From the NCBI GenBank assembly GCA_965215505.1, contig OZ244065.1:2016001-2080000 (forward strand): a stretch of DNA of 64,000 nt, written 5' to 3'. Each line of letters opens with the position of its first letter. The stretch's first letter is position 1. The notes under the pieces are model-generated. The model was not told the DNA's origin, searched no databases, and worked only from the letters and a program-made list of their open reading frames with translations. The DNA comes from Capsulimonadaceae bacterium (GTDB lineage Bacteria; Armatimonadota; Armatimonadia; Armatimonadales; Capsulimonadaceae). Position numbers and translations under genes: made by a program. Of this stretch, positions 24,621-40,879 are shown one piece after another.

Positions 24621-25043
24621 TTATCGCTTCTTGCCGGTCGCGGCGGGAGCGCCCGGCTTGGGCCGCTTGGTGCCGTACTTGGAGCGGCTGCTCTTGCGGT
24701 CCTTGGTGCCCTGTGTGTCCAGCGTGCCACGCACGATGTGGTAGCGGACGCCCGGCAGGTCCTTGACGCGGCCCCCACGGATCAGCACGACGCTGTGTTC
24801 CTGAAGGTTGTGCCCGATGCCCGGAATGTAGGCCGTCACCTCGGTGCCGGGGTTGTGCCGGCCCGAGGAGGTCAGCCGGACGCGGGCGATCTTGCGGAGC
24901 GCCGAGTTCGGCTTCTTCGGCGAAACCGTCCGGACCACGAGGCAGACGCCGCGCTTCTGCGGGTTGCCCTTCATGGCCGGCGCTTTGCTCTTCTTCAGGG
25001 TGCGCTTGCGGCCCTTGCGTACTAGTTGGCTGATCGTCGGCAT
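24621..25043 (-). CDS. rpsL: 30S ribosomal protein S12
   Basis: [29 protein letters not shown]. Confidence 0.98.
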   Translation of the reverse strand: MPTISQLVRKGRKRTLKKSKAPAMKGNPQKRGVCLVVRTVSPKKPNSALRKIARVRLTSSGRHNPGTEVTAYIPGIGHNLQEHSVVLIRGGRVKDLPGVRYHIVRGTLDTQGTKDRKSSRSKYGTKRPKPGAPAATGKKR

Positions 25044-25332
25044 GGCGACTTGGGTCCTTTCGGTTTCAATCCTCACCGACAGCGGAGGCCGGTGCTACAG
25101 AAGGAGGCACAAAAACACCCCGTTTGCCGCAGGGATCGCACGGGCGAATCACACAAGGCGGCGGCACGGGGCACGGCGACATCACAAGTGACTGTTGTGT
25201 TTCTATTCCAGCTCAGACCCCGCACGGGAACGAGTCCCAACGGATAAAATGAGAAGCTGGCCGATGCCCCCTTGCTCGCGATCTATTCGTGCGCCGCGCG
25301 GCGCATCGAATTTCTCTGAAAACAACCTCCCT

Positions 25333-25361
25333 ATTATACTGCCGCATCGCCCCAATGTCAA
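25333..25361 (-). promoter_or_regulatory. Sigma70 promoter for the str operon
   Basis: Perfect TTGACA-N17-TATAAT. Confidence 0.85.
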
Positions 25362-25424
25362 GTGTTTGGCTGTTGAGTGTAAATAATCTTACCGCCGGCC
25401 GGAACAAGACGCTGTCAGGCCGGG

Positions 25425-25467
25425 CAAGAAGAAGCCCCCGCAGCCACCAAAGTGACTGCGGGGGCAT
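25425..25467 (-). terminator. Intrinsic terminator after rpoC
   Basis: GCCCCCGCAG/CTGCGGGGGC stem followed by TTCTTCTT on minus strand. Confidence 0.65.
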
Positions 25468-25475
25468 TGCTGCGA

Positions 25476-28400
25476 TCAGATCGCCGACGCGGATTCGCTG
25501 TCAATCGTCGGCTCGTCCACGCCGCCGACGAGATGCTCACGCTCGGCCAGCAGGGAAAGGCTCTCGCCCGCCGTGCCGGTGGCCTCGCGGATGACGGCCA
25601 GGTCCTCGTCGTCCAGGTCGCGGTCCAGGGTGGCCGTGCCGTTCCCATTCCCGTTCGTCCGGCCCGCGCCGACCTGGGCGTACCGGTTCGCGGAGTCGAT
25701 GCCTTCCAGCTTCGGCTCCAGGTTGCGGTACTGCGGCAGGCCCGTCCCAGCCGGGATGAGACGCCCGATGATGACGTTCTCCTTCAGGCCGATCAGCGAG
25801 TCCTTCTTGCCGCGCACGGCGGCCTCGGTCAGCACGCGCGTCGTCTTCTGGAACGAAGCCGCCGACAGGAACGAGTCGGTCGCGAGGCTCGCCTCGGTGA
25901 TGCCGAGCAGCAGCCAGTCTGCCGTGGACTCGGTGCCCGGCGGGTCCATCTCCGAGACGCGCTTGTTGGCGTCAATGAACTCGAACTTGTCTACCATCTG
26001 GCCCGGCAGGAACTCCGAGTCCCCCGCGTTCTTGATGCGGCGCTTCCGCAGCATCTGCCGCGCGATAACCTCAATGTGCTTGTCGTTGATGTCCACGCCC
26101 TGCGACTTGTACACGGCCTGGATCTCGCGGACGACGTAGTTCTGCACGCCCCGGATGCCCTGGAGGTCCAGAACCTTCTGTGGGTCGAGCGGGCCTTCCG
26201 TCAGGCGATCGCCCGCCTCGACGATGTCGCCCTGCTTCACCTGGAGCTGGCCGCGGTACGGGACCAGGATGGCCTTGCGGATCTTGATCTCCGCGATCCC
26301 GACTTCCTTGATCTTCTTGATGTGCTTGTCGGTGATCTCCGTCCCCGCCGTCAGCGTCTCGGGAATCTCCGTAGCCCGCTTGGCCGCCGAGGGCGTCATG
26401 CCTTCGGTGTCGGCGTGCGGCCCGAGGTACAGGTCCTCGGCCAATGTCTCCCCGCTCAGGGCGGAGCCGGTGGACTCCTCAATGGGATACGGTGTGTGGA
26501 TGATGACGCGCCGCAGACCCTTCTGCTCGATCTCGGCCACGGTCCCGGAGAACTCGGTGACGATGGCCTGGCCCTTCGGCTTGCGCGCCTCGAACAGCTC
26601 GACGACCCGCAACAGGCCGCCGACCTGGTCTTCCAGCACCTTCAGGACGGCCTGCACGGCACGGACGCGCTCGCGGTCAACGCCGGTCGCGGTCGTCGCC
26701 GCCGACGGCTCTTCCTGCGAGTCCAGCGACACCAACCCGCGCGAGATGTCGTTGTGCAGCTCCTTCAGCGCTTCCTGCTTCCGGGCGCGGACGTTCGCGA
26801 CGCCCGTGAGCTGCTTCTGCGCGATGCCTCCCGAGTGGAAGGTACGCATCGTGAGCTGCGTCCCCGGCTCCCCGATAGACTGGGCGGCGATGATGCCCAC
26901 GGCGACGCCCGGCTCGACCAGCTTGGAGTTCGCCAGGTCCAGCCCATAGCAGCGCGCGCAGATGCCCATGCGAAGCTCGCAGGTGAACGGGCTGCGGACG
27001 CCGACGCGCTTCAGCTTCGCGCCGAACTCGATCTCTTTGGACAGGTCCTGCGTGATCAGCTCGCCCTTGGCGACGACGGTTTCGCCGGCCTTCGGGTGGC
27101 CCTCCGGGTAGAGGATGTCCTCCAAAGCGAAGCGGCCATAGATCCGCAGGTTCAGCGGCTCGACCACCTCGTTGCCGTCCCGGATCTCCTCCTGGTAGAT
27201 GCCAAGCTCCGTGCCGCAGTCGTCGGCACGGACGATGACCTCCTGGGAGACGTCCACCAAACGCCGCGTCAGATAGCCGGCGTCCGCCGTTCGGAGGGCG
27301 GTGTCGGCCAGCCCCTTCCGGGCACCGTGCGTCGAGACGAAGTATTCCAGGACGCTCAGGCCCTCGTGGAAGTTGGACTTCACTGGGAGGTCTTCGATCA
27401 TGTTGCCGAACGGGTCGGACATGACGCCGCGCATCCCCGAGAGCTGCGTGATCTGGCCCCGCGTGCCGCGCGCATTGGAGTCGGTGAACATGAAGATCGG
27501 GTTGGTCGGCTTGATCGTCTCGAAGATCGCCTCGCCGACGTCCTTTGCCGCCTTCTGCCACTGCTCCAGGACGCGCTCCTTGCGCTCGCCGCCCGTGATC
27601 AGGCCGCGCTGGTAGTTCTTGTTCAGGTCCCGCACCGACTTCTCGGTCCGCTCCAGGATCTGGTTGCGTTCTTCAGGCACCTCCATGTCGGTGATCGCGA
27701 CGGTCATGCCTGCCTTGGTCGCCTCCTGGAAGCCCAGCGCCTTCATCTCGTCCAAGAGCTGGATCGTGCGCGAGTCACCGTTCATGCGGTGGCACTGCGC
27801 GATGATCGCGCCCAGGTCCTTCTTGCCGAACCCGTTGCCCTTGAACTCCTTCTTGGCGAACGTATCGTCCAGCATCTTGTAGATGAACGGGTGCATGTTG
27901 TCCGGCATGATGTCCGTGAACAGCATCCGCCCCGCCGTCGTGCGCCGGACCGTCTTGGTGCCGTCCCCATTCGGGAAGGCGACATCCAGCCCTTCCTGCA
28001 AGTCGAGCTGACCGGTCGCGTAGGCGAGCTGTGCGTCGTTCTTGCTGCCGAAGGCATCGAAGCGCGGCTCACCGGGCTTCATCACGGTCAGGAAGTACGC
28101 GCCCAGCACCATGTCCTGGGCCGGTGCCACGATGGGGCGGCCGTCGGCGGGCGAGAACAGGTTGTGCGTGGACAGCATCAGGATGCGCGCCTCGGCCTGC
28201 GCCGAAGCCGACAGCGGCACATGGACCGCCATCTGGTCGCCGTCGAAGTCCGCGTTGAAGGCGGTGCAGACCAGCGGGTGGACTTGAATGGCTTTACCGT
28301 CCACCAGCACCGGCTCGAAGGCCTGGATGCCCAGGCGGTGCAGGGTCGGGGCGCGGTTCAGCAGGACCGGGTGTTCCCGGATGACCTCTTCCAGAGCGTC

Positions 28401-29951
28401 CCAGACTTCCGGCTTGAGCTTGTCGATCATGCGCTTGGCCGTCTTGATGTTGCTCGTGTAGCCGCGCTCGACCAGGGCCTTCATGACGAACGGCTTGAAC
28501 AGCTCGATGGCCATCTCTTTGGGCAGGCCGCACTGGTGCAGCAACAGGCGCGGGCCGACCACGATGACCGACCGGCCCGAGTAGTCCACGCGCTTGCCGA
28601 GCAGGTTCTTGCGGAACCGGCCTTCCTTGCCCTTGAGCATGTCCGACAGCGACTTCAGCGGCCGGTTGTTGGACCCGACCACGGGCCGCGTCCGCCGCCC
28701 GTTGTCAATCAGGGCGTCAACCGCTTCCTGGAGTAGCCGCTTCTCGTGGTTGACGATGCTCTCCGGGGCGCGGATCTCGGTGATCTTCTTCAGCCGGTTG
28801 TTGCGGTTGATGATGCGCCGGTACAGGTCGTTCAGGTCGGACGTGGCGAAGCGCCCGCCGTCGAGCTGCACCATCGGGCGCAGTTCCGGCGAGATCACGG
28901 GCACGGCATCCAGGATCATCCACTCGGGACGAGACTTGGAGTTGATGAACGCCTCGGACACTTCCAGCCGCTTGATGGCCCGCGCCCGGCGCGGCCCCTG
29001 CGTGATCGCGATCTCGGACCGCAGATCGGAAGCCAGCTTCTCCAGGTCAATCTCCTGGAGCAGTTCCTTGACAGCGGCACCACCCAGCCCGGCCCGGACG
29101 ATCTCGCCCTCGGGGTCGTTGAGCCGCAGGTTGCGGTCCAGCTTGTCCGAGAGCATGTCCATCAGCGATTCGAGCTTGCGGTAGTCGTCCTCGGCCAGAA
29201 GCATCCGCTTCTCGACCTTCTCGTCCAGGAGCAGCAGGGCATCGCGCAGGGACTGAATCTGTTCCAGCGAGTCCTTCTCGATGTCCTTGATCTCCTCCTC
29301 CATGTGACGGTTGCGGTCCACGATCCGCGCTTCGTCCCAGGGCGCCCAATCTTCAAGGGGGGCTTCCTCGCCATCTTCCGGCGCATCCGGTGGGGTCTGG
29401 CCCGCCTTGATGTCCGCGCCGGCCTCGACGCGGGCCTGCTCGATGTCTTCTTCCTTCTGGTCTTCCAGCTCGCGGACGCGCTCGTCCAGGGCGACCTTAA
29501 AGGATTCCATCTCGTTGTTGATCCGGCCGCGGTCCACATACGTCACGATATAGGACGCGAAGTACAGTACCTTCTCCAGCGGCCGGGGCGAGATGTCCAG
29601 CAGCAGGGACAGCGGCGAGGGGACGCCCTTCAGATACCAGATGTGGCAGACGGGCGCGGCCAGCTCGATGTGGCCCATGCGCTCGCGCCGGACCTTGGAC
29701 CGCGTGACCTCGACGCCGCAGCGGTCGCAGATGATGCCCTTGAACTTGACCTTCTTATAGCGCCCGCAGTGGCACTCCCAGTCCTTGACCGGGCCGAAGA
29801 TGCGCTCGCAGAACAGGCCGTCGCGCTCCGGCTTGAAGGTTCGGTAGTTGATGGTTTCCGGCTTCTTGACCTCACCGTAAGACCAGTTGCGGATCTCGCC
29901 GGGCGCGGCGATTCCGATGCGAATTTTGTCAAATGCGCTTGCATCCGTCAT
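25476..29951 (-). CDS. rpoC: RNA polymerase beta' subunit
   Basis: [29 protein letters not shown]. Confidence 0.99.
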   Translation of the reverse strand: MTDASAFDKIRIGIAAPGEIRNWSYGEVKKPETINYRTFKPERDGLFCERIFGPVKDWECHCGRYKKVKFKGIICDRCGVEVTRSKVRRERMGHIELAAPVCHIWYLKGVPSPLSLLLDISPRPLEKVLYFASYIVTYVDRGRINNEMESFKVALDERVRELEDQKEEDIEQARVEAGADIKAGQTPPDAPEDGEEAPLEDWAPWDEARIVDRNRHMEEEIKDIEKDSLEQIQSLRDALLLLDEKVEKRMLLAEDDYRKLESLMDMLSDKLDRNLRLNDPEGEIVRAGLGGAAVKELLQEIDLEKLASDLRSEIAITQGPRRARAIKRLEVSEAFINSKSRPEWMILDAVPVISPELRPMVQLDGGRFATSDLNDLYRRIINRNNRLKKITEIRAPESIVNHEKRLLQEAVDALIDNGRRTRPVVGSNNRPLKSLSDMLKGKEGRFRKNLLGKRVDYSGRSVIVVGPRLLLHQCGLPKEMAIELFKPFVMKALVERGYTSNIKTAKRMIDKLKPEVWDALEEVIREHPVLLNRAPTLHRLGIQAFEPVLVDGKAIQVHPLVCTAFNADFDGDQMAVHVPLSASAQAEARILMLSTHNLFSPADGRPIVAPAQDMVLGAYFLTVMKPGEPRFDAFGSKNDAQLAYATGQLDLQEGLDVAFPNGDGTKTVRRTTAGRMLFTDIMPDNMHPFIYKMLDDTFAKKEFKGNGFGKKDLGAIIAQCHRMNGDSRTIQLLDEMKALGFQEATKAGMTVAITDMEVPEERNQILERTEKSVRDLNKNYQRGLITGGERKERVLEQWQKAAKDVGEAIFETIKPTNPIFMFTDSNARGTRGQITQLSGMRGVMSDPFGNMIEDLPVKSNFHEGLSVLEYFVSTHGARKGLADTALRTADAGYLTRRLVDVSQEVIVRADDCGTELGIYQEEIRDGNEVVEPLNLRIYGRFALEDILYPEGHPKAGETVVAKGELITQDLSKEIEFGAKLKRVGVRSPFTCELRMGICARCYGLDLANSKLVEPGVAVGIIAAQSIGEPGTQLTMRTFHSGGIAQKQLTGVANVRARKQEALKELHNDISRGLVSLDSQEEPSAATTATGVDRERVRAVQAVLKVLEDQVGGLLRVVELFEARKPKGQAIVTEFSGTVAEIEQKGLRRVIIHTPYPIEESTGSALSGETLAEDLYLGPHADTEGMTPSAAKRATEIPETLTAGTEITDKHIKKIKEVGIAEIKIRKAILVPYRGQLQVKQGDIVEAGDRLTEGPLDPQKVLDLQGIRGVQNYVVREIQAVYKSQGVDINDKHIEVIARQMLRKRRIKNAGDSEFLPGQMVDKFEFIDANKRVSEMDPPGTESTADWLLLGITEASLATDSFLSAASFQKTTRVLTEAAVRGKKDSLIGLKENVIIGRLIPAGTGLPQYRNLEPKLEGIDSANRYAQVGAGRTNGNGNGTATLDRDLDDEDLAVIREATGTAGESLSLLAEREHLVGGVDEPTIDSESASAI

Positions 29952-29994
29952 GTTTGCTTTGCTCCCTAAACACAATCAGCAGAAAAACCCGATC

Positions 29995-30060
29995 AGGGCA
30001 AACACGAGGTTCGCCCCTACGGGATTGTGTCGGCGGTAGGGGCGAACCTCGTGTCCGCCC
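29995..30060. repeat. Inverted pair of GTAG-type REPs (REPIN-like)
   Basis: GGGCAAACACGAGGTTCGCCCCTAC-N15-GTAGGGGCGAACCTCGTGTCCGCCC between rpoB and rpoC. Confidence 0.75.
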
Positions 30061-30077
30061 CCCTCTTCAGGCTCATG

Positions 30078-34208
<4,131 letters not shown>

Positions 34209-34239
34209 ACTAACCTCCTAGGGGAACACACGAACGCTC

Positions 34240-34269
34240 AATGTACCACAGAAAGTGCAGTGTTGTCAA
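34240..34269 (-). promoter_or_regulatory. Putative sigma70 promoter for rpoBC
   Basis: TTGACA-N18-TACATT with TG extension. Confidence 0.55.
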
Positions 34270-34420
34270 GCGGTTCTGACGCAGCTTCGCCCCATACCCG
34301 GTAAGAATGCGGGCCGGGGATGGCGACGGCGACAAAAGAAGCGTCCATTCCCCCTGTCCCATTCGGTGGAATAAACGCTGTACAAGTTATAAACGCGAAA
34401 GTTGAAACATTCGTTCCCGG

Positions 34421-34449
34421 TTGCCAAATCCACACCGACGCGCTATAAT
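34421..34449 (+). promoter_or_regulatory. Sigma70 promoter of gpsA (leaderless)
   Basis: TTGCCA-N17-TATAAT, 6 nt before the ATG. Confidence 0.75.
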
Positions 34450-34455
34450 CAGCGC

Positions 34456-35472
34456 ATGGAGCAACAAACGATCGCCATACTCGGCGCGGGGAGTTGGGGC
34501 AGCGCCCTGGCCCACCTCTTGGGGACGAAGGGCTATGTCGTGCGCCTGTGGGACCGGGACACCGAGCTAGTGGAGGACATCAAGGCGCGCGGGCTGAACC
34601 CGAAGTACCTGCCCGACGTCGCCCTGCCCCCGCAGGTGTCGGCGGTTCCGACGATGCAAGGCGCATTGGCCGACGCCGACTGGGTCGTCATCGCCGTCTC
34701 CTCAGGAGGCATCCGGGAGGTCGTGGCCGAGGCTGCCGACTTCCTGACTCCCTCGACCGCCGTCTTGAGCGCGACCAAAGGATTGGAAGCCGAGACGGGC
34801 TTCACCGTTTCCGAGATCATCACCACCCTGCTGCATGACGTTTCCTATCGGGGATTGGCAGTCCTGTCCGGCCCGAACCTTGCGCGCGAGCTGACGCGCG
34901 GTGTTCCCACCGCCTCGGTCGTCGCCAGCCTTGACCCGCAGCAGGCGCGGGCGGCCCAGTCTCTACTGATGACCGAGCGCACCTTCCGCGTCTACACGCA
35001 TACCGACGTCAAGGGGGTCGAACTAGGAGGGGCGCTAAAGAACGTCCTCGCCATCGGCGCGGGCCTGTCGGACGGCCTGGGCTTCGGCGACAACACCAAG
35101 GCCGCCCTGATGACGCGCGGCCTGATCGAGATGACCCAGCTCGGCGTCGCGGCGGGCGGCAAGGCCCTGACCTTCCTGGGCCTCAGCGGCGTCGGCGACC
35201 TGCTGGCGACCGCCTCCTCCAAACTCTCCCGCAACTACCGGGTCGGCCTGGGCCTTGCCGCCGGCAAGACCCTGGAACAGATCCAAACCGAGCTGCACCA
35301 AGCGTCGGAGGGCGTCCCCACCGCCCTCGCCGCCCAGGTCCTCAGCCAGCGCCACGGCGTCCAGACTCCCGTCTTCGCCACCATTAACGCCGTACTGCAT
35401 GAGGGCCTCTCGCCCGCCGTCGCCGTGGAGGAGCTGATGACGCGCGCCGCACGGGAGGAGTTCTCGTCCTGA
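34456..35472 (+). CDS. gpsA: NAD(P)H-dependent glycerol-3-phosphate dehydrogenase
   Basis: GAGSWG, LSGPN, GGALKNV, GVGDL, SRN. Confidence 0.96.
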   Translation: MEQQTIAILGAGSWGSALAHLLGTKGYVVRLWDRDTELVEDIKARGLNPKYLPDVALPPQVSAVPTMQGALADADWVVIAVSSGGIREVVAEAADFLTPSTAVLSATKGLEAETGFTVSEIITTLLHDVSYRGLAVLSGPNLARELTRGVPTASVVASLDPQQARAAQSLLMTERTFRVYTHTDVKGVELGGALKNVLAIGAGLSDGLGFGDNTKAALMTRGLIEMTQLGVAAGGKALTFLGLSGVGDLLATASSKLSRNYRVGLGLAAGKTLEQIQTELHQASEGVPTALAAQVLSQRHGVQTPVFATINAVLHEGLSPAVAVEELMTRAAREEFSS

Positions 35473-35475
35473 TAG

Positions 35476-37158
35476 TCAACGCCCCTGGATCGTCAGAGGC
35501 ACCGTCTGAGTGATCTGCCCGTCGGAGGCCTGGATCGTCACCGCGTTTGTCGTATGACTGCGGTAGGTATTTATCGTGAACGTCGCGCTCGCGCTGCCGG
35601 CGGGAATGACCACCGTTTGCTGGACGCGGATCGTGGCCGGGTTGCTGCTGCTCAACCCGATGACGATGTCCGACGGGGCCGCCCTGTCGAGCGTCACGGT
35701 CGCCGTCACAACGGTTCCGCAGGGCACTGAAGACGGCACAGAGAGCGCGGTCAGCTCCCCGGAGAGGGCATGAAGCGCGTAGATCGCGCCGCCAGCACCG
35801 CCGACACTGTAATCGGCGACCAGGAGACGGTCGACGCCATCGGACAGGACGGCCAGGGGGTGTCCGAATCCGGACGCGACGCGCTGGACTTTGCCGGTCC
35901 CGGTGTCAACGGCGACTAGGTCGGAGTAGTTCAGAGTGTGCTGGACGCTGCCGTTCGGGTCCTCGGTGATGGCATCGTTCCAGCGCGTGATAAAGATGTT
36001 GCCGTAAAGGGCGGCGGGGAGGCGCGCGGAATAGAAAAAGCCGCAGCCGTCGGCTGAACTGCTCGGCCCCAAGCCGTCCGGATTCGCCGGGTCGTGGAGC
36101 GTGTATGGGCCGGGGTTGAAGAGGTTGTCGAAGGTCGTGGACAGGACGCGGTGGTAGCCGGCCAGGCCCGGCGTCAGCATCGGGTTTTTCCCGCGCCAGT
36201 TGACGTCGGCATAGCCATAATCCGCGCCGGGCGAGGCGAGGAACAGTTGATCCTGGATGTCGCGGCTGAGGTCCGGCCCCGCCGCGTCCCTGGGGTGGCC
36301 GGGCCCGACGGTGCCGTCCCCGTTGGTCGGGTTGCGGTTGAAGTTGTTGGTGAACCAGAGACGGCCCGAGAGGTCAAAACAGAGGCCGAACGGGTTGCGG
36401 GCACCTGCGGAGTGGACGACGAGCTTGGCGTCGTCCTGTGTGGTGTAGGGGCTGTCGTCACTCTGAATCAACGCCTGAGTCACGGCGGCGGTGAGATACA
36501 CATTCGCCGCGCCCGGCGTGTCGGGGACAGCATCCAGGTTCTTGATCCAGGCGATGGTGCCGCCGTAGGCGCAGTCGCCCAGGGTGTTGCCTTGACCACC
36601 GAAAGCAAAGCCTGAACCGCCGAAATCATCCAAAAACTGCCCTGTCAGCGCCCCCTTGTAGCCGTTAATCGTCCGGCGTCCGATGCCGACATACAGCGTA
36701 CTGCCCTGGATTTGGAGTTGGTCTACGTCATGGTCCCCGACCGGGATGTCCGTGACGATAGGCACCTTCAACTCACCTGCCGCCGTTTCTCCCCAGATGC
36801 CGTTGCCGTTTTTATCGTCCAGCTTGAGAATGCCGTTGAACGTGGAGACGTACATGTTCCGGCGGTAGAATGCGATGCCGAGGCCGGCGACGCCCGGCGC
36901 GGCGATTTTCGAGTCGCTGATTGTCCCTGCCTTTGCGTCATAGGCATAGCTCAAGACGCCCCCGGACGCCGTCGTGAGGTAAAGCCGACCGTCCGGCCCC
37001 CACGCCATCTGCGTCGGGTTGCCGGTGAGCGTCGCCAACGGCTGGACCTCCATCTGATTTTGGTAGGCAGCCACGACAGTCTGGGCACGGGCTGTTCCAG
37101 CCAGCATGAGTGCGGCGAGTGCGGAAAGGCAGAACGACTTCGCGGAACATCGGTTCAT
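35476..37158 (-). CDS. Secreted beta-propeller (glucose/sorbosone dehydrogenase-like) with C-terminal Ig-like domain
   Basis: Signal peptide ARA-Q, WGPDGRLY, GARNPFGL, Ser/Thr-rich beta C-terminus. Confidence 0.7.
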   Translation of the reverse strand: MNRCSAKSFCLSALAALMLAGTARAQTVVAAYQNQMEVQPLATLTGNPTQMAWGPDGRLYLTTASGGVLSYAYDAKAGTISDSKIAAPGVAGLGIAFYRRNMYVSTFNGILKLDDKNGNGIWGETAAGELKVPIVTDIPVGDHDVDQLQIQGSTLYVGIGRRTINGYKGALTGQFLDDFGGSGFAFGGQGNTLGDCAYGGTIAWIKNLDAVPDTPGAANVYLTAAVTQALIQSDDSPYTTQDDAKLVVHSAGARNPFGLCFDLSGRLWFTNNFNRNPTNGDGTVGPGHPRDAAGPDLSRDIQDQLFLASPGADYGYADVNWRGKNPMLTPGLAGYHRVLSTTFDNLFNPGPYTLHDPANPDGLGPSSSADGCGFFYSARLPAALYGNIFITRWNDAITEDPNGSVQHTLNYSDLVAVDTGTGKVQRVASGFGHPLAVLSDGVDRLLVADYSVGGAGGAIYALHALSGELTALSVPSSVPCGTVVTATVTLDRAAPSDIVIGLSSSNPATIRVQQTVVIPAGSASATFTINTYRSHTTNAVTIQASDGQITQTVPLTIQGR

Positions 37159-37203
37159 GGGGTTTCTCCTGAAGTTTCGTGCTGGGATGACTGCCGACTG
37201 AGA

Positions 37204-37542
37204 TCATGGGAAGCGGACGAGCGACATCAGGCCTTGCGGGGGCGGGTCCTGGTAAGGCAGAGTGAGGCCCCGCCGCAGGGTTGTCAGCGCCTCCACATTC
37301 TCCTTCACCAGAGATGCTTTTTCGGCTTCCGTGTAGTCGCGGTCATCGGGATCGCCGGCCCCCTGCCGGCCGGGGCCGTTGGCGAAGTCAACCTTGTGCC
37401 GGTCCTTCTCGGAAGCCGCAGCGGACGCATAGAGATCAAAGGCCGTGGATTGTTTGGGTGGGGGAGGATCAGCGGAGCAGGGTTGCAGACAGAGCAGCGT
37501 CAGAGGAAGGACGACCAAAAGCAGTTGTGGCTTTATCTTCAA
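37204..37542 (-). CDS. Secreted hypothetical protein, possibly truncated
   Basis: AGGAGA RBS, TTG start, hydrophobic signal peptide. Confidence 0.5.
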   Translation of the reverse strand: MKIKPQLLLVVLPLTLLCLQPCSADPPPPKQSTAFDLYASAAASEKDRHKVDFANGPGRQGAGDPDDRDYTEAEKASLVKENVEALTTLRRGLTLPYQDPPPQGLMSLVRFP

Positions 37543-37620
37543 TACTGTCTCCTGTCTCTGCTAACCTGCCTGTGCGTCAGAGAGGGAAGGAGAGTAAGTA
37601 CGATTTTGCCCCTTCAATAT

Positions 37621-37869
37621 TCAAAGCCGACGCCCTTTGTACAGAGGGTTCCACTTTTTGATGTCGGCAAACGTGTATTCCGGCTCGTCTTCCTCATAAC
37701 CGGCGGCGAAGTTCTGCATCGATAGCCGGAGCCAACCCGCGCGATCCTCGTCGTCCTGTGCGGATTGCACAACCACAATGAGCGGCGTGTTCGGCTCCAA
37801 CTCGTTAGGCCCATCGAGAACGATTGGTTGACCATCAAAATGGGCAGCCAGTGTCACGGGACTCATCAT
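37621..37869 (-). CDS. Small hypothetical protein, antitoxin-like
   Basis: AHFDG..IVLD..LEPNTPLIV beta N-terminus and acidic YEEDEPEY C-terminus. Confidence 0.65.
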   Translation of the reverse strand: MMSPVTLAAHFDGQPIVLDGPNELEPNTPLIVVVQSAQDDEDRAGWLRLSMQNFAAGYEEDEPEYTFADIKKWNPLYKGRRL

Positions 37870-37876
37870 CGCTCTT

Positions 37877-39015
<1,139 letters not shown>

Positions 39016-39019
<4 letters not shown>

Positions 39020-40866
39020 TTCCCCTCACGAGGCGTCAGGGACTTCGGTGTCCCCTTCAGCTCGGCCAGCAGTTTCCGGAACTGTTCCTGGGTTTCGGCG
39101 TCTGCCGTCCCGGCCATGATGCGCGCCTTCAGACCCAGTAGGGTCTGCTCTTTCGCATGGTCCTTCAAGTAGGCGATCTCGCCGGCCAGCGACTCCGGCG
39201 TCACCGGCTCTTCGCTGCTGTTCATCAGCAGCTCCGCCAGCAGGCCCGCCTTCGGGTCGTCCCCCAAAGAGGCGAGTACGACTTTCGGGTCCAGCGTCCC
39301 CGTCTGTGCGTAATGGTCGTAAAGGTAGCCGGCCAAGGCCCGCGCGCCCTCGGTGACGAACTCGGCGGGCGTCAGCTCCAACAGCGCCAGCCCGGCCAGG
39401 GCGGGATCGTCGCTGACAAGCCCGCAGAGCAGGTGGCGCTCGGCCTTCTCCGTCGCGCCGCCGCCGGAAGGCGGCGGGGGCGCGGGGTAAGACTGGCGGC
39501 GCGGGGCGTAGGCTGCCGGGCCGCTCTGACCGGCCAGGTGGCTCGCGATGTCCTGCCGGATGTGTTCCTCGGCGAAGGCGGCCCCCGAGCTGTAGTACGG
39601 GTGGTACGGCGCGAGCAGCTTGACATACTGCTCACGCTCCAGGATGCTTGAGACGGAAGCCACGATGGGCCGCGCCTTGTTGAACAAGGCCACGCGGTCC
39701 CGCTCGGTCTCGGCCGGCCCCTTGCGGATGAGCCGCCTGATGCGGTACTCGGTCAGCGGCAGGGCGGTTTCCATCGCCTCTTCAAAGACGCGGCGCTTGC
39801 CTGCTTTCAGCAGGCTATCCGGGTCCTCGCCTTCGGGCATGTCCAAGACGCGCACGTCCACTTCCTGCGTTTCAAAGATCTGGGCCGCCCGGCCCGCCGC
39901 CTTCAGCCCCGCCGAGTCGGCGTCGAAGGCTAAAAGCACGACCGAGGCGAGCCGCGCCAGTGTCTGCACATGCTCCTCGGTCAGCGACGTACCAAGGGTC
40001 GCGACGACGTTCTCGAACCCGGCCTGGTGACAGGCGATCACGTCCGTGTAACCCTCGACGACCACGGCCCGCTCCTGGGCGGCGATGGCCTTGCGCGCCC
40101 GCCACAGCCCGTACATCTCCTTGCCCTTGGAGAAGAGCGGCGTCTCGGGCGAGTTCCAGTACTTGGGCTGATTGGGCTTGGCCTCGCCGATCAGCCGCCC
40201 ACCGAAGGCGATGGGGCGCTCATGCACGTCCAGGATTGGGAAGACGAGCCGCCCGCGCATTTTGTCGTAAGCGCCGCGCTCGCCGACCGTCACCAGGCCC
40301 GCCTTCTCCGCATCCGCCAGGCTCACCCCGTTCCGCGTTAGGAAGCGGCAAAGGCCGTCCCATTCGTCGGCGACGAAGCCGAGCTGGAAGCTCTCCTGGG
40401 CGGCGTGGGCCAGGCCACGCTCTTGCAGGTAGTCCCGCGCGACGGGGGACCGCGCGAGGACCTCCCGGTAGAAGCGCAGGGCCAGGCCGTTGATGTACCG
40501 CAGGCGGTCCTTGCTCCCCGCCTCTGAGGGGGCGGCGGCCTCGCCCGTGCCCGCCGGCGATGCGCGCGGTGTGCGGCTGGTGAGCGTCACGCCTGCCTGC
40601 AAGGCCAGCCTCTCCAGGGCCTCGGGGAAGGTCAGGTTCTCGATCTTCTGGACGAACTTGAAGACGTCGCCGCCCTCGCCGCACGACCCGAAGCATTTCC
40701 AGTAGCCGATCTCCGGGCTGACCACGAACGAGGGCGTTTTCTCCTGGTGGAACGGGCACAGCCCTTTGAGCTGCCGCCCGGCCCGCTTCAGTGTCACATA
40801 GCGCTCCACGACCGAGACGAGGTCCGTCCGAGTCCGCACCTCGTCAATGTCGCTGCGGTCCGCCAT
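39016..40866 (-). CDS. dnaG: DNA primase
   Basis: [11 protein letters not shown] zinc finger, VEGYTD, DADSAG TOPRIM. Confidence 0.98.
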
Positions 40867-40879
40867 GGTGGGTCACTTG

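Noticed and set aside
25452-28736. 1094-aa plus-strand ORF and other long antisense ORFs (3201-4811, 15433-17313, 31161-32999)
   Set aside because: Shadow frames of highly biased GC-rich genes; no recognisable motifs
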